64,000 bases of DNA from Eledone cirrhosa (lineage: Eukaryota). Numbering within the stretch: the stretch's first letter is position 1; every line of letters starts with the position of its first letter. The notes under the pieces are model-generated. The model saw only the letters and a program-made list of their open reading frames with translations. It was not told the origin of the DNA and did no database searches. A program made the translations under genes and the position numbers. Location of the stretch: contig OZ024740.1 of NCBI GenBank assembly GCA_964016885.1, positions 179,304,001 to 179,368,000 on the forward strand. Reading direction: 5' to 3'. Below are positions 42,948-59,614 of this stretch, piece by piece.

Positions 42948-45474
42948 TAGTTGTTTTTTAATTGAAACTACTGAATGCTGATTCTCGACTACATTGCTTT
43001 CGATCCTTGCTAAAGTAAGGTATACATAAAATATAGTTTAATTAATGCCAAAACTATCGTTGGAGGAATACAGGGTAAACAAACTAATATTAAATACTTT
43101 CGTCCATATTTACTTCCTGACTGTTGTTTCTTGAATTAAGAATCTATATCAAATTTTCACAATAAAATAAGAAAACCTGTATTGGGAGAAATTCCTTCTT
43201 CTGGTGGATTCTTGGATATAAAAAAATATTCAATAGAAATAATACGAACCTTGCCATTTTCAAACAGTATGGTGCGTTGACTAACTCGTGCGTCATTTGA
43301 CTACCAAATGTATGTGTGAATATCAGGACAATGTGACAGGATTTTAGTAAGGCTAGAAATAATACACATTATATCCGTTTATCTACTCAATTAAAGAGTA
43401 GCAAAATAGATAAACATGGATATAAAGCAGAATCATCTTAACAAAGTATCAGAGCTTAACAAGAAATTGTTCGATGGAATGGATTAACGTAGTAAGATAT
43501 AATTGATTATTTCTAATTTTGGAGAATTAGTAATTAATAACCTTATTTTAGGAAAACTGACAATTATCTCAAACAGTCTTGATATAACTAGATAAATAAA
43601 ACAAATTTAAATTGGACTCTTACAAGAGGAGAGACGCTTAACTATCAATTTTCTCAAAACTGTTGCGCGACCAGAAAAAGAAATTCATTACTCAGCACTT
43701 TTACCTTGTTTTTCTTTCATTTTCTGTAAACTGAATCAAATTTTTATCTGAAACAATGATCGTTGGTTTGCTTGGCTACATTATATAGAATATTGAATGT
43801 TTGAAATTATATTAACCAATTTGTATTGGTAATATGTGAATAGCTGAAGTTTATGTCTATGTTTATGTTTAGCGAACCTAATGTGGAGCAGAAGAAATTT
43901 TGCCAAAATTAATATCCACGCTTCAAAGTATTTTACTAAGTTGAAGAAAAGGTTTCAGAAATATAGAAAATTATACATATGTCACGTGGTTGTGCTATTT
44001 CTTTTTATTATATATTTGGGTATTCCGTTTAATTTAATGTAATTTCTGTCATTCGTCAATAGATTCGTTTCCTAATAAGTTAGGAAACATAAAATAAAAA
44101 GTTGATTCTATTACAGACACAAGTCTGCAAATATGAGTGATTGTTATGGGTGAGGGAGCTTCTGCTCAGAGACTTGATCTGTTAAAGACAGCATTCAAAT
44201 ATCCCTGAATTCATTCTTTATCTTCTTGAAATGAAGCATCAGATACTGTAGTCTGGAGTAAAATACTGCTAATAAAAACGTGGCTTGAATGCATTTTAAT
44301 TATACTTGTTTGATCAAGAATAAATGTTTATAATTTAGGCATACATCCAATAACGTTTTGGGGAGAGAAAAGTCAATTCAATTGACCTCAGTGCATTACT
44401 GATGATTTATTTTGTCGACTTCATACATCCATCTCTTGTCAACTCTATTGTATTCAGTCGTAGTCACAATATGATCCACTCCCCAACTAATCATTTCTAA
44501 AAAAAATTGATCTGGAATTTTTATTTCGTCTATTTTTTTCTGCTGGAGCCGACAACATGCAATAATTCATAACAAACATTGCCACTGGCTACGGCATCGG
44601 CCTTGGAAAGCCTGCGAAGGCCATAAACACAACTACGTTTATCTGACCAAATTGATAAAAAATGGCGTCACACTTTATCATCCAATCAAAATTAACCTCC
44701 CATCCTATAAATCTGTTTACCTCAAAATTTGTGAACATTGTTCTCCTTCTCTCACCTTTCTCACCACTTCATCTTACTATTTACTACATCGATGCCTAAA
44801 ACATCTTGCAAGTGTATATTTGCATATACAGTAATATCAGTAGGGTTATGATAACGCCAGATAACGCTGTATATAATTCATATGTTGTGTAATGACAGTA
44901 GTGTTTGTCCCTTCATTTGCTTTACTTACATTAATTTCATATTTGCCGTTGCCTATTGTTCTGATTCCTGAATCACGTTTTTTTTTTAAATTCTAGTTTC
45001 CTCATGTATACATATTGTTTTATAGATCGTAAGGGGGGTTTCTGATTTCACACTGGAATCATTCCTTTGCAGTAAAATATTTTATCTGATTCACCAATGA
45101 AGTATTATTTCATTATTATCGTGTAGTAGTGGTTCTATATGATGTCGCTTACCTTTCTTTATTATCCTTCTCTGCCAATGTCTCTGTTTGGTAATCCCCC
45201 ATCGCATCCTTCTTCATCCGTTGCATACCTTCTCTTGAAAGTGTCCATTATATTTGATGGAGTTAACCTGTTGTGTCTGTCTTTCCTTCAGCCATTTCCA
45301 TTTCAAGTCTTTTCCAGATATCTAACAATCCCAAATTCCTACTTCAACCGGGTTGCTTACGGAATAGCACTTCATAAGTATCTACTTAAGCTTTTCTGCA
45401 TGTGCTACCGGTAATTAAGAGATCACCTATGCTATTAATATGATATATAATGCATATTATATTAAATATGTAAG

Positions 45475-45925
45475 ACGCACGTCAAAGAGTAAGGTTGCTG
45501 GTCTTAAGATCGTAATGTCGTGGGTTCGATTCCTGGACTGGATTGTGTTTGTGTTCTTGAGCAAAACACATCATTTCACGTTACTCCAGTATCTGAATCT
45601 AAAGTCTGTCTTAAGCCAGAAGGCTGATTTGGCCGGTGCTTATCCCGGTTTCATGGCGTGAAGCGACTGGAGCAATGTGAAATGAAGTGTTTTACTGAAG
45701 AACACAACACGCAACCCAGGAATCGAACCCACGACATTATGATCGTAAGTCCAACACCTTAACCACTGGACCACGTGCATACATCCAGTATACTCAGCTG
45801 AACATGAGTACCAGTAATAGCTTGGGGTTTAACGCTACGATGGTCTGGTGCCCTGTCCAGAGTGTAGTCTTGTACACTCAATCGTTTCACGCAATGAGAC
45901 CGGGATAAGTACCGGCCTTATAAGC
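45475..45925 (+). mobile_element. tRNA-derived SINE (family V-like) with a related SINE nested in reverse at ~45625-45778
   Basis: GGTTCGATTCC B-box, GTGTTCTTGAGCAAAACAC core, CGATGGTCTGGTGCCCTGTCCAG...ACCGGGATAAG V-domain-like 3' part. Confidence 0.7.
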
Positions 45926-46034
45926 CTCTAGACTCAAGGCAGATTTCTATGCGAAAAATTTATGTCTTTTATTGTTCAAACACCCAAGAAAGGATCATTT
46001 TGCTGTCTATTTATCTATTTACCTCTCTATATAT

Positions 46035-47219
46035 CTGTTCCTTTGGAAGAAACATGCTCCATTGGAGAGGAGATCCAACACTCTTTTAACGGAGGGCTTG
46101 GCATGCCGTGGCTGATGATGCGTAAACACGCGCTGAGGCTACGCCATCTCCAGGTGTTCCTGACGGTGAACCGGTGTGGTTGTCGTTTGTGAGACAAGCC
46201 TTTCCACAAGTTGTCTCGCTAACAGAAGACAGAAAATGGGCACCTGACAACTCGTGTGCGTTCAGGCGCTCACAGCCCTTTACCAAGCGGAAACGGCAAT
46301 CAGCGAAGACTCCACGTCCACATTCTATAGGAGATTAGTGGAGGATAAGTGCGACGACGTTTTCGGGGAGGTTCTAGGCATCGAAGAGGACGAACTAGCC
46401 AGTCTGTTCTGGAAGACATTCCGTTCAGATCCTATCGATAACTTCCAGAGGTCTCTGACCTAGCAGTGGTACCGAGGAGCTTTACCAGTTCAAGACACAT
46501 TCTACAGGCACGGACGCCTAGGTAGGGATCCTGCCAAAAGGACTTTACCAATATGCGAGCATGACATTGAAACCGTTCTGCACGCAATCGTTCAGTGCCC
46601 AGAGGTGACCGACCTGTGGAATTATGTTGAACAGCTACTGTCCCGTGTGGGACGCATCCAGTTGTCAGCCGAGTCCATCTTGAGGATCACCCTACCCCCT
46701 TACTTTAAGAATGAAGGAGAGGCGGTTTTCCTCTGCCTGGTGGCTATGGCGAAAGAGATAATATGGTGGACAAGGTTGAAAGGACTGAGGGCAAACACCT
46801 ACCTCTCCGGACAACAACTCATCCCCTACTTTAAGTACCACTTCAGAAGGAAGGTATGAGTGGGGAGAAAGGTGCTACACCCTAGTAAATTCGCTGAAAA
46901 GTGGATGAATGTAGCGAAAATGGCCCGAGTGAATGAGCCTTCTCTGTATATAAACCTGTAGGTTGAGGAAGACCAAAAGAGGTAAGGCGGGAACACTCAC
47001 AAATCGTGCTCCTGGTGTTGATGGTTATTCTATCTACGGGGTATAAAACAACCACGCATTAACGTTCCCCCTATTGGGGATTTCGATTGTTAATTTCTTT
47101 ATATATAGTTTATTGTTATTTATTAATGTTAAAGTTTATATGATTTTTGTGTAAAACCGACTCCGTCACGTCTTGCAATGTTTCATTTCTTGTACGCCCT
47201 TGTGGCAAATAAAGAAAGA
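46035..47219 (+). mobile_element. Tx1/L1-like LINE 3' fragment
   Basis: GGLGMPWLMMRKHAL, ETVLHAIVQCPEVTDLWNYV, AKEIIWWTR; homologous to 59800-60650 (minus). Confidence 0.8.
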
Positions 47220-47234
47220 TATCTATCTATACAC

Positions 47235-47265
<31 letters not shown>

Positions 47266-47331
47266 TCTATTTATCTCTCATTCTATCTCTCTACCTCTCT
47301 CTCTATATATATAAATACACACACACACACA

Positions 47332-47417
<86 letters not shown>

Positions 47418-47454
47418 ACACAGGAGATATATGTATATATATACATATATGTAC

Positions 47455-47970
47455 ATACACCGGAGAAACAGGTCGCCGTTTGGCGGACCAATTTGCCGAA
47501 CACACGAGGGGCATATTATTAGGTAAAGAAACCCCTGTCGCTCGTCGTTAGAACTACATTTATGAATGGACTATTCCCTCCCTCACAATTCCTATAACCT
47601 TGCTTTACTCTTGTTCTCACACACCAACACACACACACATACACACAACTACCCAACCCTCAAAGCCCTATAGCTTCTCATGTATGCTCCCGTATGTGCA
47701 CCAAACCCGCACACACCGGTGACACACACATTCATGGTCTCACATCTTAGGGTGCATGTGTGTTTTTATCTCGTACACACGCGTGTGCGTTCACGTGGGA
47801 CTCCCTGCCGCAGATATGGCACTGTCGGTGTTGATAGTTTTCAACGACCACTTCCCGACTCTATCCCTCTTCACGCACATAGTGACTTCAAACTTCATAC
47901 CGTTTGCGGATGTATCACCATATCATCGTACCCGAAGCTTAGCAAATTCTTATGTGAATATGACACGAAA
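47455..47970 (+). mobile_element. PLE GIY-YIG fragment and 3' region
   Basis: YTGETGRRLADQFAEHTRGILLGKETPVAR (YIGET.R....R..EH motif), starting next to (TA)n. Confidence 0.65.
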
Positions 47971-47979
47971 TGAAATATA

Positions 47980-48130
47980 GTGGTTTCTACTTTTGGCACA
48001 AGGCCAGCAATTACCCAGTGCATTACTGGTACTTTATTTTATCGATCCCGTAAGGATAAAAGGCAAAGTTAACCACGGCGGGATTTGAACTCAGATCATA
48101 AAGGGCCGTAACGCTTTGCTGCAAAGCAGG
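47980..48130 (-). mobile_element. SINE family A
   Basis: Reverse complement of the core; ATGAAATATA on both sides. Confidence 0.85.
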
Positions 48131-48394
48131 TTCGGACTGCTAATCCACAATGAAATATAATGGCAACGAAGATATTCGCTACCGCCTCTTTTTCTATACA
48201 GTCCCTTTCGACTACTTCTATGAGTGTATGTATGTATGTATGTATACGCAGAAATTCTTATACACATTTGTACACCTCCCTACGTCGGGCAGTTCAGGCG
48301 CGCACGATCACCCACAAATCTACACTCTCACAGCAGCCAGCCAGTCATGGTCCAATGTCCGTCGGTCAAACTCTGCAAAAATAAACGAACAAAG

Positions 48395-48472
<78 letters not shown>

Positions 48473-48558
48473 GAGAGGTATAGAGATTGTTTTAGCAAGA
48501 AGCTAACGGCATTCTATAACATATATGCGACTATAACGTCAAGATGGGAAAAGTAGTT

Positions 48559-48607
<49 letters not shown>

Positions 48608-48651
48608 AAGTTAAATAAAAGTCAAATGATTAAAATTTAGCTTCGTTTATT

Positions 48652-48706
48652 ACTGCTATATATATTTCAGTGACAGCCATCTTTGGCTGTGACCTCTTCA
48701 GGCAGT
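48652..48706 (-). ncRNA. Type-I hammerhead ribozyme (family B, intact)
   Basis: ACTGC-CTGAAGA-GGTCACAGCCA AAGA TGGCTGTCACT-GAAA-TATATA-TA-GCAGT. Confidence 0.88.
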
Positions 48707-48830
48707 TTGAATTAGTATGGTATAGACAAGTACATATGTTGTTTAGGTGTATGATATTGTCAATACTCTGATATGCCCAGTTCCTTGTTGGGTTGTTAAT
48801 TCACTGGGGAACTGGAGTCATATGAATTCA

Positions 48831-49268
<438 letters not shown>

Positions 49269-49626
49269 TCTTTGCTTAAACTTTAATCTGTTATTTTAAT
49301 ATATAGATTTAATATATAGATTATTTGCTTAAACTTTAATCTGTTCTTTTAATAAATTTTTGCTCTACGGTTCTTATATTTTTTATATATATTTATCCTT
49401 ATCGAGCCCTCTTTGGATTTTAGTCTTCAAATTTATTACTATTACTATATATATATATATATATATTTTTTTTTTTGAAAAGCATTTAGAAATGCGCAAC
49501 CGGTAAAAACTTAAAAACTTAAAACCACAACTGAATACTAACCCATACAATCACTAATACTCTTTTATTCCTAATTAAACCATTTTTCAACTGTGAACAA
49601 TTTGTCAGCATTTTCTATTCCGTTTA

Positions 49627-50837
<1,211 letters not shown>

Positions 50838-50902
50838 TGTTATACTTTGGGAGGGTCACGATTTCAGATAAAGAATCTTGCTAAACAAATTCAGAAACGA
50901 AA

Positions 50903-51044
<142 letters not shown>

Positions 51045-51056
51045 GGAACGAGTAGG

Positions 51057-51152
51057 ACCCCGACGGCTGACCTCAAGCCGTTTCGACGGCTAATTCTTGA
51101 CTAAATGAACATTTTTATCCTGGTATATGAATAGCCGAGCTTCTCAGGGGGT
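51057..51152 (-). ncRNA. Variant type-I hammerhead (core CUGAGAA)
   Basis: ACCCC-CTGAGAA-GCTCGGCTA...TAGCCGTC-GAAA-CGGCTTGA GG TCAGCCG-TC-GGGGT; same core at 21440-21535. Confidence 0.6.
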
Positions 51153-52218
51153 AATTCCATATATGGTAAAAGTGATTGTCACAAGGATTGGTCAAAAGTT
51201 TGTTGTTGAGACATATAATTCTATCATGGCAATTTGTGGAAGGAAGGGGTAGCTGAACCTGCCAGTAGAAGAAAGAGGGAGACGGGGTGGAGGAATCCCA
51301 GTCGTGCGTTGATAGTGCCAACTACAGCAGGGAAGTAGGTCAAGCAAGTATACTAGGGAAGGGGAGGGGGAGGAAGTCGAAACAATAAGTAAAACAATAT
51401 GGGGTATATATATATAGAAGAATACCGAGAATGTTAAAAGTATAAAAAACAAACAAACAAAAAAACAATTTCTGATTACTATTCCCTAACGACAGTCATC
51501 AAGTCTCTCACTGGTACTGCTAAACTATAGAAAAGTTTACTAGGTGGGACGGAATTATAATGAGACCATTTTAAGAGTTAGTAGTAATCAACCGAGTATA
51601 TCTTACGGTGACAGATCAACAAGTGGGGGGCCAATATACTGAAGAAACTACCACGAAATAATAATTCAGAGTCCCGAGACTAATACGAAATAATTGTTTC
51701 TACCCTAAGGACAAGGCCAGCAACCACCCAGTGCAAAAAATAAACTAATACAAAATAATAATTCAGAAAATGAATACTAATACTATCTCTAAGGGTGCCG
51801 CTACGATACAAACATTCTAGTGCAAACTACATAAATGCTCGTACGAAGTATATGAAAAATTTGATATGGAAAATTAATTTAGAATCCCCTCCCCCCCCCA
51901 AAAAATAAATACTGATATACGAGAAATTAAAGCAAAGATACCACTAAGAAATGTAGAAAGCACGGAAATGGGGCAGCCATCGGATAAGAAAGCAAGTATC
52001 CGGGGTCTATCACATCTGCTATAAACAGCGGAGTCGGCCAATTCTATCATAGAATAGGGGATGGGGTGGGAAGGAGGACTGGAGTGGAAGGACTAGGAAG
52101 GGATGGGGGAAGAAGGAAATATAGAGGAAGCGATAAAAAGATATAAAAGAAGATCTTACGTCTACCTTTGCAAGCAGGGGTTACCCATTACAAAGTCGGC
52201 AAGTGGGGTGTTACAGCC

Positions 52219-53390
52219 CTAGTCTACCCCCCGGTCATTATGGGGTTTGAGGGCGAGGTAAGTCCTACGCAATCTGTGTTTGCATGCAGTTACCAGTTCG
52301 TCTTTCTTGTTTAGGAGTTGGTCCGACGAAAACAGCATTTGTAAAGTTTCCTCCGAGCATAAATTGCACGGACGGCGTCTTCCCGTGTAAGAGTTGGCTC
52401 TGGACAGTAAGCTCCAAGTGAGATCATAGGTAATATTGTTATCCTTGAGGTCCCAGATGTGGCCCGAAAGTGTGGTGGCGTGACGCCCGGCCGGGTTTCG
52501 GAAGGTATGTCTGTTTGTATAGCCGGGTCTTGAAGTCACATGAGGTTAATCCTAAGTAAGCTGTGTTGGAGGTGTCCGTCCTCACGTTGCACTGGTAGAT
52601 CACATTACGATCTCTGCATCTGTTGTCGAGGGGGAAAATGGATCCATCAGGACAATTGCACCTCCTGGTCGGCTCTCCACTGCTTTTTGGGCTATTTCTT
52701 CCATAGGGGTTGAGTTGTTTGTTGTTAGAGGAGACGATGTTTTGTGCAAAGTTTGGTGTGGTGTTGTAGGAGAGTTTGATGGTATTTTTGTTAATTATGT
52801 TGTGGTAGCGGTGTTGTAGTGGGAAGTGTTTTTCGATGAGCCTAAAGAAGATTTTCCCGATAGGAGTTGTCACCTCGGCGTTGTGGGGAGGATTGAACCA
52901 TATTACATTGCGCGAGCGGCGGTGTCGCCTGCTGGTTCCGCTAATGGAAGCTGGACAGTAGGATATTTCCTCCCGGACACCACTCCGCTTGAGGGCCTGG
53001 TTGTAATAAGGGGCATGTTCCTCGAATATCTGCTCATTAGCGGACAAACGAGATATGCGGAGGGAGATGTTTTTAACCAGGTTATTGGTGATGTTCCTAG
53101 GATGGTTTGACCGGCGGTGGATGTAGTGCAGGTTGTCGTTGGGTTTCCTGTATGGGTAGTACAGATCATTATCGAGGTCAAGGGTAACGTCCAGGAAGTT
53201 TACTCGGGTCAGGGACGTATGTAGGGTTATTTTAAATCCCCAGTCGCGGAAGAAGCTGATTAATTGTTTACGGACCCGGTCTGTACTACTGGGGTTGTAC
53301 CATTTAAGGGTAAGGAGCCCATCATCACGGTATAATCCACCGCCGAATGCAGGAAACATATCGGTGAGTTTAACTAGTAGGAATAATGCT
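52219..53390 (-). pseudogene. PLE reverse transcriptase C-terminus plus GIY-YIG endonuclease, frameshifted near 52510
   Basis: GLYRDDGL (RT catalytic motif), VNFLDVTLDL, SNHP, IWFNPP, VIYQCNV..AYLGLT..FKTR, T.LS.HIW.LKD, CNLC..E, LLNKKDEL..CKH. Confidence 0.92.
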
Positions 53391-53636
53391 ATAAGATCTG
53401 TATATATATCAAGTGACGTTTTGATGAATAAACACATGTACAGAGAACCCCACAGACAAATTATTGCATACACCATTTTAGTTATTTACACTTAAATGAA
53501 CACAGTAGCTTATGATAATCATATATACCAAAACCTATTAATCAGTTTAGGCCAGTACCTATTAAATGAAGACTCTTATATACACACACACGTACACACA
53601 CACGCAATCAAAGACACACACACACATTCACTCCAT

Positions 53637-53691
<55 letters not shown>

Positions 53692-53829
53692 CATATATAT
53701 ATATATATATACATATATATACATATAAATATATATATATATATATATACATATATATATACATATATACATATATACATATATACATATATATATATAC
53801 ATATATATATATATACATATTTTTTAATC

Positions 53830-54164
<335 letters not shown>

Positions 54165-54356
54165 ATGTATATATATATATATACATACACACATATATAT
54201 ATATATATATATATATGTGACTGAGTGGTTAGAGAATTGGATTCACAATCTTGAGATTGTGTGTTCGATTCCTGGACCGGGCGACGGTTCTTATATATTT
54301 GATATATATTTATCCTTATTGAGCCCTCTTTGGCTTTTAGTCTTCAAATTTATTAT

Positions 54357-54440
<84 letters not shown>

Positions 54441-54594
54441 ATAATAAATTTGAATAAGGATAAATATATATCAAATATATAAGAACCGTAGAGCAAATAT
54501 TTATTAAAATAACAAAAAGCGAAGGTTAGTTTCAAAAGATCCCGTTAAGGGTGAAAGCAGCGATTCTTTGCTTAAACTTTAATCTGTTATTTTA

Positions 54595-54629
<35 letters not shown>

Positions 54630-54753
54630 GTAGGAGGTGAGTTTTATAAAGCAATTTTAACTGATGAAAACACAAATGTTATTGCATGATGATATTTGTA
54701 TTTGAAATGCGCATAATAAAATACATGGAATTCATTTAACCATCTTTTGATCT

Positions 54754-54788
<35 letters not shown>

Positions 54789-55067
54789 AGTTAATGTGTG
54801 TATATGTGAGTCTTCATTTAATACGTTCTGGTTTCACCTCATTGATAGGCCTTGGCATATAACATTAATATAAGTGTAAATGTGTGAGTTTTTATAGCAA
54901 TGTAGCTAACTGATTTCATTTTCTTTCACTTGGTTTCACTTTCTTTCACCCTCACTGTCTATAACTTAAATTATGTCTCACACACACTAGTGTATACAAC
55001 TATACTCATTATGCCGAGCCGCATAACAGAATAGGGATGTGCATATGTATATATGTATATATATATG

Positions 55068-56417
<1,350 letters not shown>

Positions 56418-56989
56418 GAGAGAGATAGATAGATACATACCAACATATATACATAGTTACATATATACATAGTTACATACATACATAAACATACATGTAT
56501 ATACATACATATGCAGACACACGCATATACAGACACACTTATATACAGACACACGGATATTTATATGCATTTACTTATATATATATATATATATATTTTT
56601 ACATTCATTTAAATTATTGATTTATTGATATTTTATTTGAGTGACCCGAATCTTCCTGGTCGTTCTTTTTCGGCTGTACGGGTGATTTTAGGCATAATCT
56701 CTATGTGTTGGTAATTTAACGATGGTTATAGCTCTGATTTATCCAAATTATTGAGCCCTCTGCCACTCATATCGGATATTGTTTATCGTTAATTCGTGAG
56801 CTGATTTTCCGATACTCGATTATTCTATTATATATATATATTCATATATATTTATAAATAGCTAAGTGTTTAGAGCAACGCGCCTAAGATGACGTGTTGT
56901 ATCTTTGAGGAAGACATTTTGTTTTACGTTGCTCCAGTTAACTCATCTGTAGAAATTAGTTGCGACGTCATTAGTACCAAACTGTATCG

Positions 56990-57430
56990 GCAGTTCCCTC
57001 TCTCTCGGTTATGTTTAAGCAATTCTGTAGATATGTTGTCCAGCTCTAATGCCTTGTTCGCAAGGCAACGTATGCAGTTTGTGACTTCGTCTATTGTGTT
57101 CTCCTTATCTGTCAGCTTCCATTGGTATACGGGAGGCTTCTCTAGGTTGAAGTCAAAGAAGTTGGCTAGGAGATGATAATTAAGCATATCTTGAAAATGT
57201 TTCACCCGCCCATCTTATTTTTTCACGCTTCTTACCAATGTGCAACCATCCTTTTGTTAATTGGCACACACAAACCATTTCTTTTCTCTTCCAGCTCTTA
57301 TACATTCGTATAGATAGACCTTTAGTGTTTATACAATTTTCTCCACAGTTTCCCCCGCACACTTTCCATTCTCCGCGAGCCATATAATTTTCTCCCAACC
57401 ATAACATGTATTGATATTATTCAACTCATC
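56990..57430 (-). mobile_element. Decayed LINE (RTE-like) pre-RT fragment
   Basis: HFQDMLN...IDEVTNCIRCLANKALELDNISTELLK (the KA.G.D.I..ELLK region). Confidence 0.55.
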
Positions 57431-57835
57431 TCTCTTAGTTTATGCGTCATTTTTCATGTCTATTAAATCCAATGGGCCCGAGGAAACCCCTCCTTCCCGA
57501 ATGTTGCATACTATGTCCAATTATCTTGTGGTTGTTTGACGGCCTACGGTATATGAGCTTATTGTCCTCCAAGATGAAACTCATTCTTTGAAGCTTTACT
57601 CCTGTTACATATATCAATTATATAGAAAGGTGAGAAAGCGTTAGCATACAGCTTATTAGATTTGTGCTTCACAAACTAGCAATGTCTTTACAATCATCTG
57701 TGCTACTATTACAAAATTCAATCATAAATCTCATTACAGCTTACCGCTATTTTCATTTAAATACATTTTCTAATTCTTTAGATAATTTTCTCTCCGCATT
57801 TTATAAATGAGCTACTACATGTCAATAAAAATAAT

Positions 57836-58037
57836 GGTTTCTGATTTAGGCACAAGGTCAACAATTTGTGAGGAGAGGAAAGAGGTTTAAATCGAACCCA
57901 ATGCGTTACCGGTACTTTATTTTATGGAACTCGTAAGGATAGAGAGCAAAGCTAATCTTGAAAGGATTCAAACTCAGAAGTGAAGGGACGTAACTCTATG
58001 CCACAAAACATGTCAAACGCTCTACCGATACTGCCAC
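57836..58037 (-). mobile_element. SINE family A, diverged
   Basis: Reverse complement of head, B-box and core. Confidence 0.7.
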
Positions 58038-59380
58038 TAATGAAATCAATTATTGATCTCTGTCCTTGATTCTCCTTATAACATGTATAATAATGGATGG
58101 CTCTGTGTTGAACGCTATTTATAATCGAGTGTTCATTGCGAGACCAGAGGCTTCGCCATTTAAGAAGACGTAGCACAGTGGTAGGGTTGTCCATTCGCAG
58201 ATGATTCTTTGTATATACAATTATTCTTAGTTGCGAGTTTTATCTATTTAGCCTGTCACACTAATATCAGGTCATCTTTGAATAACTGAGCAATTCACAC
58301 TATTTATCGTATTCATATTAGTTAAGATGTGAACCTCTGAAGCGTCAAATATTTGCGGGTTATGAACTTATCTTAAATCAGTTTTCGGATCTATGTTTGG
58401 CAACGCAGATATTTAGTGTTTCATAAGATTATAGATGTTTCTTCTTTCCATGAATTTGTATGCAGGTGTATCTTGTCAATTATTAGCTATTTGACCATTC
58501 TAATTGAAATGACAGTCGACGTAAAGTGAAATAAATCAACATTTGATTTAGAAAAATGTTTTGATATATTTTATTATACTATGGAGATATCTTTTAACAT
58601 TTAATAAATTGACTTGTTTTCTTTTTTTTTTACGTTTTGTAAATAATCAGTATTTGCGAAAAAGAAAGTAAATTTTGGTGTTCATATTTTTTTTCTTCAA
58701 AATATTTTGTTCTTTAAATGAAGTGAAATAACGTCAGCCTGTAATTGAGACTGCATCACGTATCTGACTTGATTGAAGCAATAAGGTAGACGCATACATT
58801 TAAGTGTTGAGTGCAAATTAGCTGTGCAATTCACCCTTCTAGGAACGAAATATGAAGTGCCAACCTCAAAAGTACTAAGGTGAATTCATTCGATTATAAT
58901 TCATTTCCCCTAGTCGTAGTCTTTTGACAAAGTTAGAAACCAATTTTAATATAATTACAACATAAAATGAACAGTAATATATTGAAATTACTAGTAAATA
59001 ATAAAAGAAGAAAATGATGAAATATCTTGCAGGCTAATTTTAAGCAACATTGTAAGTGATAATTACAGAAATTATAAAAATGATTACAGATGTCATCGTG
59101 ATGGCCGTTATAATTGAACAGAAATTATGATTGCGAATTGGGACTTCCTTTTCCGTTTAAGAAATATTTTGTTATCGATTTCCATTGAAGTTTGTGGAAA
59201 CAGTGAAACATGAAACTTTATGAATTATAATATTCACAACCAATAAGATATGATATGGAAATGTACAGATAATAGAGATATTCATTTGTTAAATATCCAT
59301 AAGAGAGACGTTCCTTGTCATGCTAGAAATTAAGTGTCATTGGCTATCATAAATAATAGAATAGTCGAGGTAAAAACCGT

Positions 59381-59411
<31 letters not shown>

Positions 59412-59454
59412 GCTGTTGCTGCTGCTACTGCTGCTGCTACTGCTGCTGCTTCTG

Positions 59455-59514
<60 letters not shown>

Positions 59515-59614
59515 ATGATGATGATGATGATAATGGTTTCCTTTATTTGTCAATAGGGCCGACATATAGGGAAAAATATAATAGACGGGAACTAAGTTTT
59601 TTTACACGAATACG

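Larger units (their letters stand above)
51046..53390 (-). mobile_element. Penelope-like retroelement, 5'-truncated, with ~1.1-kb 3' region ending in (TA)n
   Basis: RT, thumb and GIY-YIG coding at 52219-53390; HHR-like motif at the 3' end; SINE A fragment with TSD inserted at ~51688-51740. Confidence 0.92.

Noticed and set aside
53390-53476. N-terminus of the 345-aa ORF as part of the RT protein
   Set aside because: It lies beyond the 5' truncation point of the PLE; chance in-frame read-through into unrelated sequence
54217-54284. tRNA gene (A and B boxes, His-like)
   Set aside because: It is the tRNA-derived head of a SINE; no complete acceptor stem, and the mirror copy continues into the SINE core
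57714-57743. 28-bp match to family E PLE sequence at 56215-56243
   Set aside because: Too short to interpret; possibly a templated repair patch
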